A DNA stretch of 64,000 bases, taken from contig OX597818.1 in the NCBI GenBank assembly GCA_951406725.2, forward strand, positions 19,158,001-19,222,000. The letters are read 5' to 3'. Below are positions 12,990 to 25,202 of the stretch, piece by piece (position 1 is the first letter of the stretch; each line of letters opens with the position of its first letter). This stretch comes from Octopus vulgaris (lineage: Eukaryota). The notes below the pieces were generated by a model. That model saw only the letters and a program-made list of their open reading frames with translations, was not told the DNA's origin and made no database searches. A program made the position numbers and the translations under genes.

Positions 12990-13182
12990 TACAAAGAAAT
13001 AACAGTCCTCTGGCTGCTATTTCTAATACTTTCGGTATGTGGTCTAGCAACTTGTTGCAAAGACCCTCATTGTTATTATTAGATATAATTTTACCGAATA
13101 TGGTCCTTTTCCATACCGAAATACTACTTGGTGAAATTTGTTGATTTTATTAAATTAATTATATTTCACCCTTTATCTGCTG

Positions 13183-13240
<58 letters not shown>

Positions 13241-13377
13241 TACTGTAATAGAGGGAATATTTATATATATATGCCAGATAGTGGCAGAGGTGCTTACACC
13301 TATCTGTAAATTTACAGTACCTACTTGATCTAGATTGGATTTTATATAACCACGACAACCTTTAATTTGATAAATAA

Positions 13378-13428
<51 letters not shown>

Positions 13429-14609
13429 TAATATGAAAAGAATGAATATATGCACCCATACATGTACGCACACACACACGTATGCATATATATGTACATA
13501 TACATACAAACACACATATATGCATATATATGTCTACGTATACACGCACATACGCACGCAAATATACTCATGCACGCATCAAAATACTCATATACACATA
13601 CGCCAAAAAAAAACGTAAAACATTCACCATCGCCGCAAAACTTGAATATACAATTGAGTTATATATGACAAATACACACCCCTGTCTTACAAACACATCT
13701 ATACATACATACATACATACATCCATACATGGATCTTTTATATATACATATATATATATATATACATATATATAAGGCGTAAATATTCAAATGAATATTT
13801 ATATAAATATTATTGTTATTATTATAATCAGCAGAAAATTTTAATAATTGATCCGATGTATATTTTCAGTGTAACTCGGTGATTTACTGGAGGATTTAGC
13901 TCCTCTTTCTAGCATGTAGGTTCCACGTGTGCCCGGTATTGTAATTATAGTTAATTATAAATTTAGAGAGTAGCTAAATAGTAGACTTAATAAGATTATA
14001 CATCATTCTCTAAATTCGTTCTGCCACAAATATAACATAAGGAAACAAATGTAATTATTTTGGTTTCTAGTATTGATATAAATTTGCAAAAAATGGTTTA
14101 TGTTTTATGTTGGAAATCTGTATGGCCATCTACTTCTGGGGAGAGTGGTTTCTTTCGAATTGATGTAAAGTTTTCATTGATCGATTAAAAGGAGCCGCTT
14201 GAAACGGCCGTAATGCATTGATACCTGGATATTCTTGTTGCTTGTTTGCATTTTGTTCACCTAACTTCGAGCTGCGCGGACTATACCGAACTGGCTTGGT
14301 GCCTCAATTTACGAACCTAATTCAACTGAACGTTAATTATATCTTAATATATATATATATGCATATATGTATACATATGTGTAAACATGTATGTGTGTGT
14401 ATGTGCGTGGATATACATAAAGTATATACATACATCTCTATATATGTGCGTGCGCGTGTGTGTTTACATCAGTCTACAATAACTTTATTGTCGCGGTAAT
14501 AAAGCGCAGCGTTAATATAACTTGCAATAAATAACTTAATGAAAAACTATCCAAAATTAATGAAAGTATGTCTCAGTACTATGGTTTGTTGGTCATATTT
14601 TAGCTAATA

Positions 14610-14997
14610 CTAGCAATATCGCCCGGCGTTGCTCGGGTTTGTTTCGACCCTTTAAAATTGGAATTTTTGAAAAGTAAAAATGTTGCATTATGTAGCTTGT
14701 TATTCTCTTTAAGTGAGCATTTTTCTGGTTGAAATACACCGAAAAATGGCGACACAGCAGTCAAAAAATCGTAAAAAATAGGGATTTTCAAAGAAAAAAA
14801 GCACCTTTTTGATGTAAATAATTTTTGGTCTTAACATGGTTCGATTTGAATTTTATCTTCTGCGGAATGGAGTGCAGGCCTTCTATCATACTCTCAATTT
14901 TGGTCAACTTGCGCCGCAGGGTTTCGGAGGAGATAGTGTTAGTTGAAGGCTACCATCCTGCCACACACAGACAACTTCAGCTTTATATATATATAGA
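14610..14997 (-). mobile_element. Non-autonomous Helitron
   Basis: Minus strand starts A|TC(TATATATA) and ends CTAG|T, with a subterminal GC hairpin CCCGAGCAACGCCGGGC. No TSD. Confidence 0.8.
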
Positions 14998-15139
14998 TCA
15001 CCACTTTCAGCCGATTAAGTAGGGATTTGATTGAATTGTCCTTATTTATCTACTCTATTTGGTGAATACAACTTTGTAATTTTCTACAATCTTGATTGCA
15101 ACTTTCTATCAACTTTCTCTTATACTTGTGTAGTGATCC

Positions 15140-15335
15140 TATAACGGTGCGCGCGCGCGCACCGTCCATTTTCTATTTCGCGCGTGCGAGTGTTGGTGCC
15201 TTCACCAAGGCACAGAAAGGAAGGGAGCTCTGATAGCAGTCGGCCGAAGGTTTTCACCAAATTGTTGCCGACCACATTCATCTTCCCTGTTCCGGACGCC
15301 ATCTTTAACCCGTTCTGTTTTTGGCGGCTGAACAT
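15140..15335. promoter_or_regulatory. CpG-rich putative promoter / first exon
   Basis: Perfect 22-bp palindrome ACGGT(GC)6ACCGT at 15144-15165 (NRF1-like). YY1-like CGCCATCTT at ~15297-15305. Locally high CpG. Confidence 0.4.
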
Positions 15336-15479
15336 TGTAAATATTACAATCGATTAACTTTCAGCCTTGCGCGCCCAGAACCAAGGACATCAGATAACCA
15401 CTTATTGTTACTGTTACCAAGAAAGAGAATACTTGTACCCCAAAAGTACAAGAGCAGATATTCACTCACATTGAAGTTC

Positions 15480-15790
15480 GTTACACTTGTTCTATTGGAC
15501 TGGGACTTAGACCACCCATTTCTGAAAATCGATTCCGAGTTCTTTTCCAGTTGTATGGTACCTTTCTTGTATGATATGAATGTCCATTATCTTGAAAAGG
15601 AGTAGTCTTCTTAAAGATTCTTACATTGGAACAGATTGGTAATACATCATTCTTTTTGGAGTTTTTCGCAGTATTTCGATCCATTTACATTTCCATCAAA
15701 AAATGAACTCTGGTCTGTTTATCTCCCAAGCAGCCCTCCATGCTGTCACATCAACTTCTCTGTGTTTAACTGTTCTTTACAAACTATTTT
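15480..15790 (-). mobile_element. Highly degraded Tc1-type DDE transposase fragment
   Basis: Across frameshifts the minus strand gives TVKH...FFDGNVNGSKYCEKL...FQDN..SYHTRKV..W...SPSPIEQV, matching the Tc1 TVKHGG/QDNAPxH/SPDLNPIE motifs. Confidence 0.55.
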
Positions 15791-16579
15791 GATCCCATAT
15801 TTCAATCTTTTGTATTATTTTAATTATTTATTTATCTATCTATTTGCGCCACCCATACATGTGTTCCGAACTGAGAAATTGGCATAGTATCGAAGACCAA
15901 AACTATCATGCTTGTAGCAGAGCTAACATGCTTGTGTGCTGCATACACATGTCTGTGTGTGTATGTATTAATGGGTACTTAAATTTAGGGCTACATTGTC
16001 CAAAATGCTATTCCCTTTTTACAATGGTGTGCTTTGATTTGAGGTCATTTGACAGTTATTTTTAGCAAACCGAAAATATGTACAGACTCTTGTGTATTCT
16101 TCATAATCTGGCCTGTTAGTTTTGATGAAGACCAAGCATAGTTTATAGTTGTTATTTGAAAGTTTCTCTTCAAAATTGGAATTCCATGCGTGACTGTGTG
16201 ATAAGAAGCTTGCTTCCCAACCACTTGGTTCCGTGTTCAGTCTCACTGCCTGGTACCTTGGGCAAGTGTCTTCTGCTGTGGCCTCGGGCTGCCCAAAACC
16301 TTGTGAGTGGGTACAGTAGATGGAAACTAAAAGAAGTCCATCGTGTATGTATGTGTGTGTCTTTCTGTTTGTGTTTGTCCTTCATCTCTGCTTGACAATG
16401 GATGTTGATGTGATTACGTCTCCGTAACTTGGCAGTTTGGCAAAAAGAAAGTGATTGAATTAGTACTAGGCTTAAAGAAAAAGTACTAAGATCGATTCGT
16501 TCGACTAAAATTTCTTAAAGGGTGTGTCTCACTATGGCCGCAGTCCATACTGATTGAAACAAATAACAGACAATAGATA

Positions 16580-17816
16580 TTAGGTCGTCCGAAAAGTTCT
16601 GAGCGTTTTTTAATAAACAAAATGGGATATAAATAATTGACGTTTCAATAAATTTTATTCAATGAAACAATTTCCATTATGACCTTTGCCCGTCTATCAG
16701 GGAATTTGAATATTCCATTAACATAAAATTTGACTGTTTTTGGAGAAAAAAAGTTATCTAAAAGCATTTTGACTCCACTTAAATCGTTAAATGTTTTTTT
16801 CCTTGCACTGAATTCTGTAGAGACAAAAACAAGTGGTAGTTGGATGGTACAATACCAGGAAAATATGGTGGATGGAATAAGAGATGCTACCCAAGTTCAT
16901 GTAACTTTGTTCGGGTAGCCAAAGACATATGTGGTTGTGCATTGTCTTGTCGGAACCCTACCCCTTTCCTGATGGCAATCTCCGGCCTCAATTCTTTGAT
17001 TTTTTTTTTTGGTTCAAATTAGCCAAGAGACGACAGTACACATCAGGATTAAAGATCTGGTTTTGTGGGAGAAGATCATAATAAATAATTCCTTTATGAT
17101 CCCACCAAACATAGAGCATAGCTTTTTTTGGTATGGATATTCGTCTTTGGTTGCTGTATTGGTTGATCCTTACGCAAACACTAGGATCTTTTTCGCCCTG
17201 TTTCCGTACACAATCCATTTTTCATCTCCAGTCACAAGTTGTTTTAAAAAAAGGCATGCTTTCATTCCGTTTCAAAAGCATACCACAAACGGAATACGGA
17301 TCCAAGCACTTCTCTACTGAGAGTTTGTAAGGGACACATACATTATAGAGAGAAATGTATCCTAGCTTCACTAGGTGTTCATGAGCTGTACTTTTAGAAA
17401 CTTCCAACTCCTTTACTTGTTCTCTAGTCGTAATATTTAAGTTTTCTTCGATTTTTGCCTTAAAAACATCTTCATCAAATTTTGAAGGTCTTCCACTGCG
17501 ACTATCATCTTCCAAGCTAAACTCTCCAGCTTTAAATTTTGCAAATCACCTTCGAACAGTTGATTCACTTACAGCATCATCACTATAAACTTCACAAATG
17601 TTTTTGCAAGACTTTGCAGCATTTTCTCTAAAAAAAAAAAATTAAAAAAAAGAATAGCATTAAAACGCGAATATGAAATTTTCCAATGTCAATAAAGGGT
17701 AACCAGAATGAAAGCTAAATCTATTTTTAGTCAGGAACAAAGAAGAGATGCACTACCACTTCAAGCAACACTAAAGTTTTAACTTAAAAACGTTGAGAAC
17801 TTTCCGGACAAGCTAA
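16580..17816 (-). mobile_element. Full-length but decayed mariner transposon
   Basis: TA-flanked TIRs TTAGGTCGTCCGAAAAGTTCT / AGAACTTTCCGGACAAGCTAA. Transposase pieces EDDSRSGRPS, MLYVWWDHKGIIYYDLL, QDNAQPH and HPPYFPGIVPSNYHLF are separated by frameshifts. Confidence 0.92.
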
Positions 17817-18029
17817 TAATAAAGAAGAACTGATTTCTACATTTTAAATATTTCATTTATTTATTCTTAAGCATTCAAAATAAAGATTTTTTTTAACCAA
17901 CGTAATATCTGCTAAAAATGCGTCCAACATTTGCGTAAGATGTTCTGGAATTGCGGCGAACAAGTGGTAGCAAATAATTTAATAAAAATATTGTCCAAGA
18001 GAAAATTATTGGTTTAGTTGCTAAGAGTT

Positions 18030-18090
18030 ATCCCCCTTCTAACGCCCGGTGTCCTTCACTGATTAATGTTCGGCATGGGAAGTTAAAACG
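18030..18090 (+). other. Candidate non-coding first exon of MTRF1L
   Basis: CpG-containing stretch ending in a donor-like ACG|GTAACA. A strong acceptor (TTCTTCACTGCAG|) at 20861/20862 requires an upstream exon. The 5' boundary is a guess. Confidence 0.35.
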
Positions 18091-19594
18091 GTAACATTGT
18101 CTTTTAGTTTTTCATTATGACTGTTTTTTTTATTACTACTTCTTAGTATTGGTATTAAACAGTACTGTCATGCTTATTTGATTTTTTTTTCTTATTATTT
18201 AATTTTAATTTTGTATGTGCATAAAATTTCCGCTTTCTTATGAAGAAACTATGACCTCAAGTGTGTGTATATATATTCAGTTAGCCTGAGCCCATGAGGG
18301 TGATTTTACACGATGGCTCGACCGCCAAGATACTGCTGCCAAATCTTCCCCTGGAAAGACATTGGTTAATGTAGTCTCTACCTAAAACAAAACACGCAGT
18401 GGAGCAGCTTCTATAGCATGTCTGTTTGGGGCAAGGATGATCATCGATTAAACAACGTCAGTCCTTTTCCAACGAAGAATCCTAAAAAAAACTAGAATTA
18501 CCTTCTCGCTGAGCGTCTATTCGGTTTTTTTTTCGTTGTAACTGGCGCAGGTTACCTTTGGTCGCTCAATCTGCAAGAAATGATAGCTAAATCTCTCAAA
18601 TAGCAACGTACCGTCTTAAAAATTGGAATGACACGTTGGGTAATTTAGCCCTATCATGTATGTATAGGAAGACATTGATCATGGAACATCATTGATCATA
18701 GATCTGCTCGCTCTGTGCTAAACCTCACCCCACTGTTTAACGTCTCTGTTAACACTGTTTAGGTCATCTTACCTTGCAGTTAAATCTCCTTTAAATCACG
18801 CACTTCCGTCTTAAATTTAACGAAATCACACGAATACAGTCTCTGTTATACGGAAAAAAATTATCTGTTTCTTACGTTTGACACTGATTTAATCATAAGT
18901 TCAGCTGAATCAAGATGGCTTGAAACTAGACAACAACAGCGACGATCTTTTCTAGTTTAGAATCTACAAGTAAACAATATTTTGTGTTGTTGCTAGCGAG
19001 AGAAAATTCCATATATGATCGTATGAGTTTGTGTGTGTTTTTGTATTTTTGTAATTGTAAATTGGTCCTATCAAGTCACACATTGTAATCACCAGCATAT
19101 TGATTTTAAATTTGGGCGCAAAGCCTGTAAGTTCAGGCAGGGGTAAATCAATTACATTGACACTGACCCTCTTCAGTACTCAACTGGTACTTATTTTTTT
19201 AACCCCAAACGGATGAAAGGTAAAATTCACCCCAGCAGAATTTGAATGCAGTGCATAACGACAGACGAAATGCCACTAAGCATTTTGCCTAGTTTGCCAA
19301 AACTACCTATAGTCACACTAGAAGTCTCAGCAAAGTTACATCATAATAGATGAGGATGGCTATGAGGATTGAAAGAAGCAATTGGATGAGAAAATTGCTA
19401 TGGTTAATAAGATTAAAATAGTTCTAAACTTGTTCAACACTGTAATGAAGATAGAAGATATATGGATGTAATCTCAATTTGTTTTGTTTTGTTTTTTTTT
19501 TCTTGTTGGGATTAAAAGAAAGACTAGTGCTCATGTCTTTACCAGGTCCTCCTAGGCAAGTGAGATTAGTGCCATTAACATCCTACTTGAATCT

Positions 19595-19823
19595 TTAACC
19601 CTTTCGTTACTGTATTTATTTTAAGATGCTCTATGTTTCTTTCAATTATTTTAAATATAACAAAGAATTTAGTAAAATAACTTAGTTATCATTAAGCTAG
19701 TATTAGAAATATAAATTGTGACTAAGGTTTGGTGGTATATTTTGATGCAAAACTTATGAAAACAAGACATTTGTACTACAGAGACAGAGCTGGTTTTGGC
19801 TGGGTTGGTAACGAAAGGGTTAA
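19595..19823. mobile_element. piggyBac-type MITE
   Basis: TTAA-CCCTTTCGTTAC ... GTAACGAAAGGG-TTAA (TTAA TSD, CCC/GGG ends). A related end occurs at ~5690-5766. Confidence 0.8.
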
Positions 19824-20204
19824 AAGTCAACACTTGTGAAAAAGACATGGCAGGGAGAGAATTCCTGAAGGCCAACATTCTGAGAAGAAAGAACTGGACA
19901 TAGTAATTAACATGGGACCTAGCAGTTAGACACATGAGTGATAGGAGAGGGAGAGGACTAGTGGGTCGAGAATGCCTGAATGGAGTGGACATGAACCCAG
20001 CGAACTTTGAGATGTAAAGGCTATTATAGTTGCAGAGAGAGACAATTATATGCTTGAGGCTAAGGTTTGCCAGTGAGTGGCTCTATTTTGAGTGTGGTCT
20101 AGGATGTTTGTCTGTGCAATAGTAGTAGTAGCAGCTGCACTACTTCAAATGTGAGAGCAGTTTTAAGTTGTGGGCTTCACCTGTGCTTTGCAGAGTATTC
20201 TTTT

Positions 20205-20576
20205 AGTGGTTTCAGTCATTTGACTGTAGCGATGCTGGAGCACCACCTTGAAGGGTTTTAGTTGAACAAATTGACACTAGGACTTTTTTTTAAGCCTTGT
20301 ACTTATTCTATCAGTTTCTTTTTGCCAAACCACTAATGTTACAGGGACATAAACATGCCAAAACTGGTTGTCAAGCAGTGTTGGTGGGGACAAATGCAGG
20401 TACAAAGACACACACATACGACAAGCTTCTTTCGGTTTCTGTTTACCAAATCTACTTACAAGTCTTGCCCGAGGCTATATTAGAAGACACTTACCCAAGG
20501 TGCCAGGCTGTAGGACTGGACTTGAAGCCATGTTGTTGGGAAATAGGCTTCTTACACACAACCACTCCTGCACCTA
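20205..20576 (-). mobile_element. tRNA-derived SINE, family B
   Basis: Reverse-complement match to 22841-23222 and 42411-42790. Confidence 0.8.
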
Positions 20577-21041
20577 TGTATCAGTAATTGTTGGGGTTGA
20601 CTTCAATGTGGTTGCCAAGAGTTTACTTCTCTGAGGCAATTACTGATTTGGCTAACAAATACTCTATTCACCTTGGTCTGACTAGCTCACAAATGATTAT
20701 TTGCTAATAAGATATCAAGCTACTGGTCTTATCTATGATAACATGGTAAAATGGATATAAGAAATAAAAATGAGTACTTTGTTCAGAAAGCATACCTAAG
20801 GATGTTTCCTATGTCATTATATATATTTTACTCATGCCATTGTATTTTTTCTTCACTGCAGATCACCAGAGTCTTTCAAATTTTGTTGCTGCTGCTTTTA
20901 TTCCAGAATTTCAGTAATTTCTACTTGAGTGGATCCTTGATGAGACGATAACTGTTTGGATGACCACCCATTGTGCATAGATTTCTCACAGCACACTTAA
21001 ATCTTACAAGCATATGACAAAGTGGATGCCTATTTTTAAAC

Positions 21042-21504
21042 ATGATTCATCAAAATGTATGGAAACTTTGCAGACCCATTTATACATTGCATCATATCAG
21101 ATGTTTGAATACTCACACTCTTGGTAGATATTGGCACCATTATTTCAGGCTTGAACTAAATCCTCGAAAACAAACACTGTTTAATTTTAAATACTTATCA
21201 TCATCTCTATCACCATCTTCCTCTTCATCACCATTGTCATTGTTATCATCATGGACTTTTGTTCGCCACTTGGCATTTCAACAAGGTAATAATAAAATTG
21301 ATAGGAAAGTTTACATTGCTTACATCAAAAGCTTGTTGCAGGAATTCAATGATCTTCAGATGCAATATTTGACACCGAAGGACGAGACAGGCCTCTCACA
21401 TTATGAAAATGAGAGGTACAAGCAGCTAATGCCTGTTGCATTGAAGATTCAGGACATGTTTACAAAAGAGAAGGAACGGGAAGAACTCATCGAACTTTTA
21501 CTTG
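21042..21504 (+). CDS. MTRF1L: Mitochondrial peptide chain release factor 1-like, coding exon 1
   Basis: ATG at 21042; basic/hydroxylated presequence-like N-terminus. Donor G|GTAAGC, phase 1, joins the next exon in frame. Confidence 0.8.
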
Positions 21505-22390
21505 GTAAGCAGGGATTTCCCCGTTTTGTGTATAATTCTAACAACTATTATTTGTTCATTCATCTCTCTGTCTCATGACTGTGAAGTTAAGAAATTTGCT
21601 TTGCAACCATGTAGTTTCAGGTTCTATCTCACTGTACAACACTTCTACTATAGTTTTAGGCTTGTCAATACCTTATGAGTGAATTTAGCTGATGGAAACT
21701 GTACTGAAGCCATTGTTTGTGTGTGTGTGTTTATGAGGGTTGGCATTCCATGGCATCACTTGTCACCATCTGAGCTAAACAATGACATGATATTTTTATT
21801 CCTTATCGACATCACAACTCACAACTAGCTGCTCCAAGTTATGGACTCTTTACTTGAAATTGCAAAACCAGATAAGGATTGTAGCAGGAAGAGTATCTCC
21901 AACACATTGTCATGTGATGTACAGCATTTCATTCTGCAGAATGTTGGCAAACCTCTTACTTTCTGTTTCTCACTTTGCAAAGTTCACCTGACTTCCGGTC
22001 TTTTTTCTAGCTGCTTGGTTTTGTTATCTATGGTCTCCATCTAGGCTTGCCTCTTAGCTTTTGACTCTTTCTACAATACTCTTCCACCAACATGGAAACA
22101 AGATCTGAGTTGAAATGTTTGTACATGTCCAGAATTACCGGAAGCTTTCCTGCATTCAGTTACGAGTAACAATCCATCAATATATTAAGTCAGCTCTGAA
22201 ATTTGATCTAGTATTATCCTAGTTGTTATCACAAGCTGTATATAATGTATGGTATCCAGCTACCTGTACTAGTTAACATACTTCTCTTTCTTTGATATTT
22301 GCTGATACATTATGTAATTTTAAGAGACTCCCTGCCAATGAGGTTGAATAAGTTAGTCCACTAATTTCTGATATCATATTCTTCTCTTAG

Positions 22391-22479
22391 ATGCTTCTGC
22401 AGAAGACAAAGATCTTGAAACAATAGTCAAAAGTGAGACTGCTCATTACAATGAAACTATTCAGCAACTTGATGATGAG
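22391..22479 (+). CDS. MTRF1L: MTRF1L coding exon 2
   Basis: CTCTTAG| DASAEDKDLETIVKSETAHYNETIQQLDDE |GTAACT; phase 1 to 0. Confidence 0.85.
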
Positions 22480-22840
22480 GTAACTTTCAAGCATATATCA
22501 ATGTTCTAAAGCTTTTACATTTTTGTCAGAGGTTGTGTGGTAAGATGTTTGCTTCCCAACCTCATGGTATTGGATTCAGTCCCACTGCATGCACCTTGGA
22601 CGAGTGTCTTCTACTGACAACCCAGTCTGACCAAAGCCTTCTGAGTGGATTTAGTAGAAAGCAACTGAATGAAGCCTGACATTACACTCACGGAGTGGTT
22701 GGCGTTAGGAAGGGCATCCAGCCGTAGAAACACTGCCAGATCAGACTGGGCCTGAAGCAGCCTTCTGGCTTCACAGACCCCAGTTGAACCGTCCAACCCA
22801 TGCTAGCATGGAAAGCGGACGTTAAATGATGATGATGACA

Positions 22841-23222
22841 TGGCGCAGGAGTGGCTGTGTGGTAAGTAGCTTGCTTACCAACCACATGGTTCTGGGTTCA
22901 TTCCCACTGCGTGGCACATTGGGCAAGTGTCTTCTACTATAGCTTCGGGCCGACCAAAGCCTTGTGAGTGGATTTGGTAGACGGAAACTGAAAGAAGCCC
23001 ATCGTATATATGTATATATATGTATGTGTGCGTATATGTTTGTGTGTCTGTGTTTGTCCCCCCCCCCCACATTGCTTGACAACCGATCCTGGTGTGTTTA
23101 CGTCCCCGTAACTTAGCAGTTCGGCAAAAGAGACTGATAGAATAAGTCCTAGGGTCGATTTGCTCGACTAATGGCGGTGCTCCAGCATGGCCGCAGTCAA
23201 ATGACTGAAACAAGTAAAAGAG
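22841..23222 (+). mobile_element. tRNA-derived SINE, family B (near-intact)
   Basis: GGAGTGGCTGTGTGGTAAG...GGTTCATTCC head, CORE-like TTGGGCAAGTGTCTT, internal (TA/TG)n, and tail AAATGACTGAAACAAGTAAAAGA. Confidence 0.9.
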
Positions 23223-23944
23223 AATATATCTCACGTGACCAACCATGCTATCAGATGTTGCTACACATCGCTGGTCACAATGCACTTTGCATTGTTTTAG
23301 CCTTCAAGTGACACCACCCCACTGGCTAAGCGAGCTGGCCAACAGAAGAAATAGTGAGAGAAAGTTGTGGCGAAAGAGGAATCGCCACTACACCCCCTAC
23401 CCTCTGCCAGAGCCTTGAGGTGTTTTCATTCAATCAACACTCGCAAAGTCTGGTCTGGAAATCGAAACTGCGATCCTACGATGCGAGTCCGCTGCCCTAA
23501 CCAATGGGCCATTACACCTCCACACACACACACACACACATATATGTATATACACATGCACATATATATACACACATGTATATATACAAATATATGTGTG
23601 TGTGTGTGTCTGTATTTATATATACATGTGTGTGTGTTTATGCTTGTCCCCCACCACTGCTTGACAACCTGTGTTAGTTTGTTTACATCCCCATAATTTA
23701 GTGTGCTAGGTTTAGACAGAAATAAGTACTGGAGACCTTTTGCTTTACAAAACTCTTTAAGGCAGTGCTCCAGCATGGCTGCAATCCAATGGTTGAAACA
23801 AGATCTCCATCCTAACACACATATCCTCTACCACCACCACCATCAAGTAAAGGATTATTGTAACAATAAAATTAGAAAGTTATTGAAAGTTGTTATAGCT
23901 GTTGTTGTCTACAAGTTATTATGTGATTCTCTGTTTTCTTACAG

Positions 23945-24128
23945 ATAAAAAGCTTGTTAAGCGTCAGTTCAGGCAGGTCAGCTTCTGATGTAGTTGTGGA
24001 AGTCTACCCTGGAGTCGGTGGCCAGGAATCACAGCTATTTGCCAAAGAGATAATCGAGCTGTACTTCAACTATGCACATTATAAAGGATGGGCCTTCTCA
24101 TTGGTTAGTGAAGATCGGAGTGATATTG
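23945..24128 (+). CDS. MTRF1L: MTRF1L coding exon 3 (PCRF domain)
   Basis: Encodes VEVYPGVGGQESQLFAKEIIELYFNYAHYKGW. AG/GT boundaries, phase 0 to 1. Confidence 0.95.
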
Positions 24129-24405
24129 GTAGGTTGATTACCTTCACTCAACAAATTTCATACTACTGTTTTTATGTAATATCTAACTTTCTCAGGTGAA
24201 TTATTGTAGCAGTGTATACGTGCAGGCATAGCTGTAATGTTTGAAATTTAATTCAAAACTACATGGTCACGGGTTCCATCTCAGTGTATGGCACCTTCAG
24301 TATGTATCTTCTGCTATAGCATCAGGCTGACCAATGCTAAGCAGAAACTGTGTGGGGGAGCCTGTTGTATGTGTGTGTCTCTCTGTATGTATGTATCTAT
24401 CTGTC

Positions 24406-24441
<36 letters not shown>

Positions 24442-24861
24442 TACATATATTTATGTGTGTGTGTCTTTATATCTATGTTTGTCCCCTCCCTTGCTTGACA
24501 ACTGGTGTTGGTGTGTTTACATCCTTGTAACTTAACAGTTCAGCACAAATAGACTGATAAAATAAGAAAAAAAACATCCTGGGGTCAATTTGTTCAACTA
24601 AAACCCTTCGAGGTGGTGCTCCAGAATGGCCAGTCAAATGACTGAAATAGATAAAAGAAAAAGGTTTGAGAAAAATGTAAATGCTAACAAGAAGGAAATC
24701 TGGCTATAAAACAACAGATCAATGTTGTATATAACTCATCTCATCCATAGAAAGACATTCATAATGCAAATGAATGACTGAACATATATATAAATATGTA
24801 TATATATATAGATATATATATTTCCTCTGTCTTCCCTTTTCTGGATCTTTCCTTCTCCTAT

Positions 24862-24896
24862 GTTTCTGACGAAGAGCTCCGCTCGAAACGTTAAAC
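24862..24896 (+). ncRNA. Minimal type-I hammerhead ribozyme, intact core
   Basis: Reads GTTT-CTGACGA-A-GAGC TCC GCTC-GAAA-CGTTA-AAC. Canonical CUGANGA/GAAA core with palindromic stem III AACGTT, inside a ~170-bp element embedded in (TA)n. Confidence 0.75.
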
Positions 24897-25202
24897 CCTC
24901 CTTCTTTCCTGAGCATCCAATAATACTATATTTGTTCCACGTCCTCGCGTTGTTGTGTTTTTTTGTGCTTTCTTGTTTGGATTAACTATATATATATATA
25001 TATGTATGTATGTATGTGTGTGTGTGTGTTTTTATTTTCATGTCCACACATTGACAACATTTAGGTAGTAGCAATGTTATATTTATATCTTCCATAAACA
25101 ATATGTTGTGTAGCTCAGCAGTTTCATTGACTTCAACATGTGATGCGCAGAGGAATAAAAATACCTTAGTTGGCAACAGGAATGGCATCCTTCCAGAGAA
25201 AA

